Shown: positions 1 through 24,560 of the stretch, piece after piece
How the letters are laid out: each line of letters begins with the position of its first letter
How positions within the stretch are numbered: the stretch's first letter is position 1
Assembly: GCF_001194135.2 (NCBI RefSeq)
Contig: NC_069004.1
Span: 15,547,072 to 15,611,071 of the forward strand
DNA length: 64,000 bases
DNA from: Octopus bimaculoides
Lineage: Eukaryota
Direction of reading: 5' to 3'
Program-made: the position numbers and the translations under genes
Notes under the pieces: model-generated
What the model saw: only the letters and a program-made list of their open reading frames with translations
Told to the model about the DNA's origin: nothing
The model's database searches: none

Positions 1-3000
1 GCTGGGTATATAGAAATTCAGTGGAAACGGAGACGCTTTAGCAAAACCTGGTCTGGTAAGGTCTATGTAAGTCTTGGCATCAATCCACCATAAATGAAGC
101 TGAAAATAATATAATTGTTCAGTAACTGGAACAGACAGCCGAATCAAGGAAGTGCTATGGACAACAGCAAACATAATAATAATAATCTAGGACAGAAGAT
201 AAAACAGATTGCTTTAGAAAAAAATTGTTAAAAGTAACAGGTTGAACCAGATTTCAGTTAAAAAAAAAAACAACTAATATTTAATTACTTTATCAAGTAA
301 TATAATTATATTGTAGTATCATGTTTAGTTCTTTGTACTGTTTATGTGTTTAGTTCACATGATGTGTTAGTGTAATGATCTAACAGATATCAAACTAAGC
401 AGTATTATTTTTCATACAGATTTAAGTCATCATCACACAACAAAAATTGATGCTGATGCATTGGAAACTATAATGAATTCAATAATCACATATACTCTCA
501 CACACACCTAGCCTATTTGGTAGTGCCACTCCTTCAGGTCATTAATCTCCTAACTCATTGTATACAACACCAAAGAAAGAAAGAAAGAAAGACGGGAGGG
601 CGGAAGGAAGGAAGAAAGGAAAGAAAGAAAGAGAGAGGGTACATGAAATACAACTAAATAACAATTTAACTGCCCAACTATGAGTACCCAGCCAGAATGA
701 TTGATCTTTTACTGTGGAGAAAAAATTGTCTCTTATAGTAAAAAGAAGTAAAAACACCCTATCTGTCCAGTGTTGCCTTCTGTCAGATTCCCACATGTGT
801 TTCTAGCTCTTTAGCTTTTATCAATGGGAAATACTTGAAGGGAGGGTTCACCATAGAAAATCTAACAGACAATAAAAACAAAGCTGGCTCCTTGAAATAA
901 TGAGAAAGAAATTAACTTACAACAGCAGGTAAAAGTTTTTCTTCAAGTAGTGAGCAGAATGCTATAGTATCTGCGCACTGGGTATTGGACAGTCGGTTAT
1001 CACAGCCCCAATGCTACAAATAAAGCAAATACATGAATATGTTTAATGTTTCTTTGACACTGGGATAAGGTGCTCTTCCACATTTAATAAGATACAGAAT
1101 GAGAAGGTGGGGGGAACATTTATACAGGTGAAATATTTCCAAGAAAGTAAAATGAGAACACGTCCAATTGAATGCCATCATTAAAGTTAAATGGAATGAG
1201 GTAGGGTGGAGATTGGTTTGGTAGATGTATATATAGTAGCTAACAGGTGTATATAGTAGGTTGCAGTTAATGGTTGGTCAGGGTTACAGTATAAAGCATT
1301 CCAGCCATGGCCTTCCTTTTTTTTTTCTTAGATATGAAAGACTGCATTATCCAGTGTAGCTTTTCTCTTTAAGGACAATGAGGTGTAATTTGAAGGAGAT
1401 TTGACTGATATTTCTTGGAAGTAGGCTGACCATATAGGGGCTCCCTTATTACCTAAGGATGGTGAAGATGGCATCATAAGAAAGCAACAAAGACACAAGC
1501 AAACTAAATTAAGACAAACATTTCAAATAAAAGTAAAAACCAAGACGCTTTAGATTTGTTCAACTAATGGCAGCATAACATCAAAATTTATCCTAATTAC
1601 AATTAAATCTATTAAATAAATTAAGAAAGTACTTACCTTTTCTCGAAGATAATTAATTATATTTTCTGTTGAACTTTGAATTTCTGTTCCGTGTCGAAGT
1701 AAGGGAAGCTCTCCTACATAAAGAAGAAAGTTTATAAGATACTGCAGCTAATGTTGTGTTTTGTGCTAATTTGGTGGACACTGGCAAAATGTTTAGCATT
1801 CTTGCCATTTTTTTTTTAGTTAATCTGGAGGAAAGAGCACAGCCCTTGGCCTCCACAAGGTCTTCTGAGATAAATGACATGAATGCTGTTGATGTTTCAC
1901 TGAACCTTTTGCAAGTCCATGACACCAGACAAACTTATGGAAGTAGGCAATTCCAAAGCTTCATACCAACACTTGGCATGAAACTATTGGCCTTTGAGTC
2001 ATATATATATATTTACTTTGTATTATATTATACTTATTTATTGTGCTTTTAATTATTAATTTTTCTATATGTGACAGTGGATTTTCATCAATGAGTTCAT
2101 GAACTTTGGTTCTTTTCCCTAAAACTATATATTTATATATATATATGTGTTTGTGTGTGTATGGGTCAGTCCATAAATAATGCAGTTTTTTCAATGGCAT
2201 GAACTAAAAGCTGGAGGGGAATGGGGTAAACTACCTGCATCAACTTGCTATAAAAGCAGGTAGTAGTTTTACCTTGTCCTTATTCTTAGTGCAAGTTTTG
2301 AAGAGCGTAGTTCGATTTAAACAGTTATTTTTTCAAAGCTATAATGGAAGTGACAAAGCTATAATGGAAGTGTTGAAAAGTATTACATGTATTTGCTTGT
2401 GGCATACATATTTTATTTGTGCTATCACATCCTTACCTGATGGAGATCGGAATGGATTCCCAGTTTTCTGTATACATACTGGAACCTCAGAAAATTTACA
2501 ATATGTCTGTAAGTAAAAATAAATGTGTACATAGAGCAAAACATGAAAATATAGATCTTCAATGAGTAAACATTTTAGTAGATTTTTATTTACTGGGGGT
2601 GCCAAATTGTATGATACAAAGATCTGTGATCAAAATCCTTAACCTATTTCCAATCAGAATTATTTCCTGCTTTATTTCATTGTATTACATAGAATGGTGG
2701 AATGCTAGACATAATAGCTTGTAATATGGTTACAAGCTAATGGACGGTAAGCTGATAGAGTCATTAACATGGTGGGCAAAATGCTTAGTGGCATTTCATC
2801 TGTCTTTACATTCTGAGTTCAAATTCCACTGTGGCTGATTTTGCCTTTCATCCTTTTGGGGGTCAATAAAATAAGTACCATTTTTATTCTTTAACTTTTA
2901 CTCATTTCAGTCATTTGACTGTGGCCATGCTGGGGCATTACCTTGAAGAAGTTTAGTCAAATGAATCGATCCCAGTACTGTTTTATTTTAAAGCCTGGTA

Positions 3001-3067
3001 CTTATTCTATCGGTTCCTATTGTCAAACCACTACATTACGGGGGTATAAATACACCACACACACACA

Positions 3068-3111
<44 letters not shown>

Positions 3112-4867
3112 ATAGGCTTCTTTCAGTTTCCATCAACAAAGTTTTGGTCAGCTATAGTAGAAGACACTTGCCCAAAGTGTCATGTAGTGAAACTGAACCT
3201 GGATCCATATGGTTGGGAAACAAACTTTTTACCACACAACCATGCCTACACCTATTTAACTTTGCTCTGGAATTTTCTAGAGACATTTCAAAGTTGTCTT
3301 TAAACTCGCATCACATATAGTGTGAATCTTCATATAGACTAACATCATGGGGTGGATTCTTGCCACCTGATATGTCAATGAGGAAATCTGCAATTGGTTT
3401 TTGGAAGAGCTCAGATGCTGTGTTAACTCCCCAAAGAGCAGCCTTTTGTACTGGGTCAACCCTGTGCTTGTGTGATAAGTGTTGAATTGACATGATTCTT
3501 CCAACTCAAGCTGAGGATATGCTTTCCAAAGATCCAACTTACTAAAAGTGTAGATGAGTTGGGGGTCTTGGTATTTGGCACAAGATGTTTCTCCTTCTGG
3601 ATGATTCCTTCCACAAATCAATGCAAACTCTTCTTTGGTTTTCCTTGGAGACTACCCCCACCCCCACAGAATTCATAACCTTTTTTAAAAAGCATTTAAC
3701 TATTCTAAGCAAGAAATATGTTTCAACAACATTACGTACATGGAACAGTATGTACTGATAAGGAAAGGGGTTAGTCGATCCAAAGGGATGAAAGGCAAAG
3801 TTGACCTAGGCGGTACTTGAACTCAGAACATAAAGAGCCGAAAGAAATACTGCAATGCATATTTTCCAACGTTCTAATGATTCTGCCAGCTCGCCACCTT
3901 CAGTCTACTTATAATAATATAAGCAGGTGAAACGACGCAGGAACCGTTTCCGGTACACTTGTTTACAAAAATAATACCGACGCTGTACTACACATGTACG
4001 GTTAAGTGGTATTTATGTCATGCGTAGGTGCAAAACAGATGTTCTCGGATACCCAAATACCGAGGCCCGGATTTAATTTCTTCACTTATTACAATCAGTT
4101 ATTAATGAAGATTAGCAAAATCCAAGTTTCCCATAATTTTAGCAACTGAAACAAAAATTTTCGAAATAGAAAATAATACACTAAACTGTGGGATACGCCA
4201 AAATCCTTAGCGAACGAGGCACGACAAAGGGTACTTTTATTGTAATCAAAGGTGATGCGATGGAATCCACCTTCAGTGTTATATTTTATCGACCTTAGAG
4301 GGAAGTCAGATCGGTTCCCTATTCGTAAAGCAACAAAACAGAAAAAGTTTTCTGGACTTCTTTAGTAAAATCTTTTACTATATACGTTATATCGATCCGA
4401 AAATTGTCCTGTGGTGCAGAGAAATAAGAATTAACCAAACGAAATGATCAGTTAATGTCAGTCGATACGGTAAGCTCCCGGCAAACCGAGTGCGTCAGGT
4501 AACCTTCGAGCTACATTTACTTGAGTCATTTCAATTTGCTTGTGACCTTAAGACAAGTATGAACGTCACAAAATCTCCTTCATCATTCCCTTATAAACCT
4601 TCTGTCTTGTGCATCTCTAGGAAATTCCGCCGTTCCATCGATTCTCAGATACTCCGAGCACTGTTCTTTGACTGACATACATATAACGTTATGCCCTTGC
4701 CCTTTCATAAATTAATACAACGAAGTCACAACGTTAGAATTAGTACAAATGACGAAAGAGAAATTAGCAGACAATAAGTGTATTACCAGTACAGCGAGAC
4801 ATTTCGGTTCAACAGTTGGTAATCCCCAATCTCCGTGCCAAATATCTAATTCTATACACTCTGCCAT
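1..4867 (-). CDS. MTX1: Metaxin-1/3-like mitochondrial outer membrane protein, 5' part; gene continues beyond the left edge
   Basis: Coding exons 4787-4867 (MAECIELDIWHGDWGLPTVEPKCLAVL), 2437-2506 (TYCKFSEVPVCIQKTGNPFRSPSG), 1637-1713 (ELPLLRHGTEIQSSTENIINYLREK), 921-1013 (HWGCDNRLSNTQCADTIAFCSLLEEKLLPAV), <1-99 (LHLWWIDAKTYIDLTRPGFAKASPFPLNFYIPS). All introns GT-AG with compatible phases. Motifs match metaxin (WGLP, NP..SPSG.LP, LLEEKLLP, PFPLNF). MTX1 vs MTX3 cannot be resolved by eye. Confidence 0.93.
2745..2885 (+). mobile_element. SINE family A (tRNA-like head plus GCCTTTCATCC..GGGGTC.ATAAAATAAGTACCAG core, Nin-domain-like); representative copy
   Basis: Recurs many times: + at about 2745, 10750, 11005, 13495, 28047, 28270, 34090, 37435, 49530; - at about 3765, 6680, 6880, 23235, 25050, 38720, 41600, 47730, 53650. 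B-box-like GAGTTCAAATTCC. The Nin label is from memory. Confidence 0.8.
3275..3640 (-). mobile_element. Degenerate Ty3/Gypsy reverse-transcriptase fragment in metaxin intron 1
   Basis: Translation YTFSKLDLWKAYPQLELEESCQFNTYHTSTGLTQYKRLLFG resembles Gypsy RT (FSKLDL..AY.QL.L.E.S...T.I.T..GL..Y.RLPFG). The YxDD region is decayed. Confidence 0.8.
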
Positions 4868-4903
4868 ATTTAGGTTGTTTCATTTAAATCCCCGTTGTTC
4901 GGC

Positions 4904-4911
4904 CACGTGAC
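4904..4911. promoter_or_regulatory. E-box CACGTGAC upstream of metaxin
   Basis: 37 nt upstream of the ATG at 4867; a GC-box-like GGGCGG lies at about 5019. Confidence 0.4.
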
Positions 4912-5684
4912 ACCAACAAGCTCTTTCTATTTCTCTCTCTCTTTGTCTCACTCTCTCACTTAATCAATCTCTCTCTTCCTCTCTCACAGGACATTCAGAA
5001 CAAAAAGCGCTCTGAGAACGGGCGGACTTTCCATCAGAATTTTTTTAATATTGATTTATAGATATATTTTATGCATTCATAAAAAATAAATCTGTTGTAA
5101 AATATTATTGGTTGCAGCGTATAAAATCTATTTTATCGTTTTCGGGAAAATAATTACAACTGTGCTAGCGATGGCACCCCCGGCCTTACTATAATACATG
5201 TATACCTACCCACCTACGTAACTTCCTTTATTTTTTACTTGTTTCAGGCGTTAGACTGTGGCCATGCTGGAGCACTGTCTTTAAAGATTTTAGTCGAACA
5301 AATCTACCCCAGTACTTATTTTTTTTAAAAGACCGGTACTTATTCTATCGGATCCTTAGATAATATTTACCCCACGGCCAGAAATGTTTTCACAGAATAT
5401 TGGAAATGAATGGTACTGCTTATATGACTGGCACTCATTTTATCACATGATGTCATGACAAAGAAGCACAAACATATACACACATGTATAAATTTCTCTA
5501 GAATCTCTGTTTTGCTAGATTACAACTATGAAGGGATCATAACAGTAATAGGCACAGCCACTTTTTTAAGACCAAATCATTACAAAAAAGAAGAAATAGT
5601 TGGATGCAAAGCAATCAAAAATAAATACATAAATTGTCCTGAACATGAATCAACAGTGACCATTAAAATCATTACAACCATAGA

Positions 5685-6065
5685 CACAGGCATGGCTGCA
5701 TGGTAAGAAGCTTGCTTCTCAACCACATGGTTCTGGGTTCAGTCCTACTGCATGGTACCTTGGGAAAGTGTCTTCCACTATAACCTTGGGCCAACCAAGG
5801 ACTTGTGAGTGGATTTGGTAGATGGAAAGGGAAAAGAAATCCATCGTGTGTGTGACTGTATGTCTGCCTGTCTGTCCCCCACCACTGCTTGGTATGTTTA
5901 TGTCCTAGTAACTTAGTGGTTTTGCAAAAGACACTGATAGAATAAGTACTAGGCTTTAAAAAAATAATGAAAAAGTACTGGGGCTGATTTATTCAACAAA
6001 AAATTCTTCAAGGCAGTGCCCCAGCATGGCCACAGTCTAATGACTGAAACAAGTAAAAGAAGAAG
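5685..6065 (+). mobile_element. SINE family B (tRNA-like head, CORE-like CCTTGGGCAAGTGTCTTCTA, internal (TG)n); representative copy
   Basis: ggcatggctg..tggtaagaagcttgcttc.caaccacatggtt.tgggttcagtcc. Other copies: - at about 2880-3250, 5230-5360, 22260-22610, 36310-36660, 58050-58180; + at about 42085-42265, 56575-56945, 60520-60600, 63185-63450. Confidence 0.8.
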
Positions 6066-7953
6066 ATAGAAGGTCACTTACAGACAAATATGGTTTGGTA
6101 CCAGTATATACCATGCTTCTGCCAATGGTCTTAGGTATCTAAGTAATCACAAACACAGATCATGCTTTCAACTCTCCCACTTTTGAGTCACCAAAGCTTT
6201 CAAGCTGTAAGAGCAGGAAGAAGAGAGACTGCATAAGTACTGGGCTGGTATGGTATTTATTGACCTCAAAGGATATGTAGCAAATGAGTGTGTTGCTCCT
6301 TGGTCTGGCTGACACAAAGAGAGAGAGAGAGATAGGAAATGCTCTCTGTTATATAGGCTATGGTCAGTAATGTAAATCAAACCCTAAACAAAGGACTGAC
6401 CTTTCTTGATCAGCACAGGTCCTTGGGGATCAAGTGTTTCCTTCTCAATCATCTGGTGTGGAGAGGATTTCCCACTCATTTTGACAAGCAACAAGCGGAT
6501 GGATTTGGTTTCAAATCTTGGCCCTGCCTGAGATTTGAAACTAAATCTACCTGCTCGATCCCCAAGGACCTGTGCTGGTCAAGGAAAGGGTTTGACCTAC
6601 AGATGAAAGACAAACATGGTAGAATTTGAATTCAGAATGCAGACAGGTAGCACAAATATTCCTTTCTACTATAGGCACAAAACCTGAAATTTTCAGCGAG
6701 TGAGTGCATAAGTCAGTTACATCAACCCCAGTACTTATTTTATTGATCCTGAATGGATGAAAAAGCAAAGTCAACCTCAGCAAAATTTGAACACAGAACA
6801 TAAAGATGGACAAAATGCTGCTAAGTATTTTACCCAACATGCTAACAATTCAGCCAGCTCACCACATTGCATTAGCACAAATATTAATTTAAAATTTTGG
6901 CACAAGGCCAACCCCAGTGTTTTAACTGGTACTTATTTTATTGACCCCCAACCCCAAAAAGATGAAAGGCAAGGTCAACCATGGCAGAATTTGAACTTGG
7001 AAGGCAAAGACGGACCAAATGCCACCTAGCATTTTGCCTGGCATGCTAATGATTCTGCCAGCTTGCTGCCTTGACTAGCACAAATAGTGCAACACAGTTC
7101 AACACTCTATGACCCTGCCAAGTACGTATGAAAGATAAAATAAAAAAAGTTACTTATAAGAGGAAATAGTTGTTTCATTGATATAAGCTGGTAATTTTGC
7201 TGAAAAAACGAAAGTAATCCTTTTGTTGAGTAGTCCACTCTGTTGGGTGGTTAGTGTTAGGAAAGGCATCCATTTGTAAAAAACATGCCAAAACAGACAC
7301 TGAAATCTGGTGCAGACTTCTGCCTAGCCAGCTCCTGTCAAACCGTCCAACCCATGCCAGCATGGAACGCGGACGTTAAATTATGATGCTGATGAATGAT
7401 ACTTATGATATACTAAATATCTGATACAACTTATGAAGTAAATTGCAATAACCAACAGGGTTTAGGAGTTTCTGAAACATCTCTTAGAGAACCTTGATGT
7501 TGTTGTTTAGTCTAAGAACGACCCTTATTGAGCATACCTATAATCTATAACATATCAGCAGTGACAGATCCGTCTTTTTAGGATTATATATCCTAATGTA
7601 TCCTATTTTTAAGTTGGTAGGTTATTTCAAGGATATTTGGCTATTATTTTTAGCAGTTTGAGCGGCCACTAGAGGCTCCCTATATGTCACAGGTATCACT
7701 CAGTATCTTTGTAATAGCTAAAGACACCATGATTGATTCGAGAATTATTATTCAATGTGTACAGTGTTTAAGGATTCTAGTTAGTAAAATTGGGAATTAA
7801 ACTTTAAAAGTAACTTAAAAAGCAGCTGAGATCATTTACGTAGGAGGGACGTTTTTTTAGTGAGCACCGGCAACAACCTGAACTTCACTATTTCATAACG
7901 TTCCTCATGAAAATTTTCCAATTACTTGGTATATTTAATAGACTCCACTAAAA

Positions 7954-21381
<13,428 letters not shown>

Positions 21382-21719
21382 GATTTCATTAACATGAATT
21401 CTGTTTCTTTAGTAGGTATCTGACTTGAAGAACTTGCCATTTTACTAAATGAATAACACCATTCAGAAATTGTGCCATTTTGGGAACTAGGTTGATTCTG
21501 AAATCAAAACACCAAATCTCAAAATGGTAGCTGAAGATATATTATGTAATTGTCTTGTTCCTCAGTTGGTTGACTGTCACGCTAAGAACTATACACTGGA
21601 AGATTGCAGAAACTATATTAGTTCTTTGTCCACCGTAGAGAACTTTCTGCTCGTCCTACAGAAACTAACTGGCTTCAAAGAGATCAAACTTGTATTTTTG
21701 ATATCCTTCAAGAAATTCA

Positions 21720-21752
21720 ATTAAACATACGGTATTGTTTTTGTTTTGTTGT
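21720..21752 (+). terminator. Candidate RIOK2 polyadenylation signal (ATTAAA plus downstream GT-rich element)
   Basis: ATTAAA at 21720-21725 followed by ggtattgtttttgttttgttgt. Confidence 0.4.
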
Positions 21753-23910
21753 AAATAGTTTAAGTTATATTGGCTTTATCATCACCATCATTTTTCACCT
21801 GCTTGGACAAGTCTCACCTCCTGGCTAGTTTGTTGTTGTTTATGTCATGGTTTTTATTACTGGATGTCCTTCATATCATTAATCACTTTACAGCTTGGAT
21901 GAACTGGCAGGACATGCCTGCCTCTAAAGAGGGGAGTGGGGCACTGGATGGTACTGTCCCTTCACTATTGAGTGGTGCACTCTCAGAATTAGAAAATGCT
22001 ATTTACAAAAATCTTCCTACAATACAAATTAGTGCCCACCCCCAGGCACCAAAGTCTGGCCATGGGCATGTTGGTGACTTATGTGTCTCTGTTTGGTTTT
22101 ACTACATTGGTCTACCAAATGATATCAAGATAGACAGACTAATTAGGTTCTTTTTATTCTTGTCATGTCTGTCAATTAACACAATGAATAAATTATGGGA
22201 GAAATGCAACCAGATTATGAGGACTAAACATTACTTAGTTTTAAGTTGCCACTTCTCTTATCTTTTACTTGTTTCAATCATCAGACTATGGCCATGCTGG
22301 GGTACCACCTTGAAAAATTTTTAGTCTACTGAATCAGCCCCAGTACTTATTCTATTGGTCTCTTCTGCTGAACTGCCAAGTTACAAGGACATAAACACAC
22401 CAACAAGTGGTGGTGAGAGACAAACACAGACACGAAAACACACACACCCACATATATAATGATGATGATGGTGCTTCTTTCAGTTTCCATCCATCAAGTC
22501 CACTCACAAGGCTTTGGATGGCCTGAGGCTATAGTAGAAAACAGTTGTTCAAGGTGCCATGCAGTGGGACTGAAACCAGAACCATGTGATTGGGAAGCAG
22601 CCATTCCTGCATTCTATACTTGTGTAACAACTTCTTAACATTAATTTAAATGTTCTAATTGTTGATTAAAGAGTTGTCATATTTTTAACATTTTTCTACA
22701 AACTATACTTTCTGGTACTTTACATAAATTTATTAACATTTCCTTGCTCTCTCTCTCTCTCTCTTCACCATAACATGCAATATATTAGTTGTGATTCTTC
22801 TTGTCTTATAATTTATCTCACTCTCTATGTTTGGTATTTTGTGAGCAATCTATCAAAAGTACTTTTAATCTTGTAGTATCCAGATTGCTGTCAAATGTAA
22901 TGCTTATTTACTCGCATCGGTTTGAATTAATTATACATTAAGTCATAGCCTCAATATTTTAGTGATGTGATTTGTTATTTTTAGAATAACATTGTAAGGT
23001 AGGTGTGAAATGCCAGATCTGGCTGGTTTGAGCATAAACAGAACAATATTTGGGCCAGATACGGTTCGTTTAAATGGTAAAGGCCTAAGTCTAACCATCT
23101 CAGCTTCATGTACCAAACTGTCATAGTTGTATTACCGTGATATAGAGTGAAAGTGGCTCACTTGAAAGAAAGAGGTGCTGAGTGATCTTTCTAACAGCAC
23201 AGCTGCTTCTAAGAGCAAGAATGAGGGGAAATCAACCCAGTACATGACAGGTACTTTATTGGTCTCAGGAGAATGTAATGGTGAAGTTGACCATGGCAGG
23301 ATCTGAACTCAAAATCAAAGAATTGGAACTGCTACCACAAAGGTATTTGCTCATCACTAATCATTTTGTCAGTAAACCACATCAGGAGTCACTCATTCGG
23401 AACAATTTAGTGCAATTACTGCACAGTCTCATCTCTAGTGTCACCGAGTTCTTTTCATCATTTGTCTTCTCAAAACTCAATTTAACAACCATTTCAGATT
23501 TTGTTATACTCCTTTCATCACATCAATTTCCCACATAGTAAATATGGTAGTCTTCAGGTTTCATTTATTTTACGTCCATATGTGGGTATATGAAAATATC
23601 TTATGAAGTGACAACCATGCCCTGCATAGTTATGGGCTACCCTTTGGCAAGGCATAGCACCCATTAAGCCACCCTGCCAGGAATATAGCGAAGTCATGGG
23701 ACTGCAGCTTGGCAGATTGTGAAAAGGTAGTGGAAGAACTCAAATGAGCCAACAGTGCTTCTTACATTGATGCTGAGCAGAAGAATCCTCGATCAACAGT
23801 CAGGATCACCAAGCTCTATTAAGAGAGTAACTGGAACACATCCATAAGGGTGGCATCCATGGTTATGTAATCAGCTAATGAAAGATTCACTGTGACTCAA
23901 GTTCCCAATT

Positions 23911-24134
23911 CACATGTCACCAGCATAGGAGTCTTTCATGTGTCACCAGTATAGGTGCTTTTCACATGTCACCAGCTAGGGTGCCTTTCACATGTCACTA
24001 GCATGGATGCTTTTCACATGTCACCAACATGGGTGCCTATCACATGTCACCAGGTTGGGTGCCTTTCACATGTCACCAGCATTGGTGCCTTTCACATGTT
24101 ACCAGCATGGGTGCCTTTCACATGTTACCAGCAC
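23911..24134. repeat. 26-bp minisatellite, about 9 copies (CACATGTCACCAGCATGGGTGCCTTT)
   Basis: Unit starts at 23911, 23937, 23963, 23989, 24015, 24041, 24067, 24093, 24119 (exact 26-nt period). Confidence 0.92.
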
Positions 24135-24560
24135 TGGCCATGATTGTGATTTCACTTAGCTTGTCATGCCTTCTTAAGCAAATTTCCAAAAGTCACAGTC
24201 ATTTGTCGTTGCCTCTGTGAAACTCACATCCAAAGATCATATTTCATTACCTCATCCCACATCTTCCTGGGCCTACTTCTACAGGTTCACAATATTTTTT
24301 TACACAGCTTACTGCAACTAAAATATGCAATGTCAACTATTAAACAACTGAGTGTTCAGTTTTACAGTAAAAAAGACTGACATATTAAAATTAATAATCA
24401 TTTTTTTTTTTGAAAGTTTATTTCTAAAAAATAAAATGTCATTTCTTTTCAACAAAATCTTATTGAATAAACTAATAAATCACTTCATCCCTTTTGCAAA
24501 TGATTTACCAAAATTCAGAGAAGTCAGATGAAAACAAAATGAATTTCATGAATTTTGAGG

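Noticed and set aside
2745-2830. tRNA genes suggested by A/B-box-like SINE heads
   Set aside because: No cloverleaf; each head continues into a SINE body that repeats across the window.
23911-24134. CRISPR-like regular array
   Set aside because: Units abut directly with no unique spacers, there are no cas genes, and the context is eukaryotic; it is a minisatellite.
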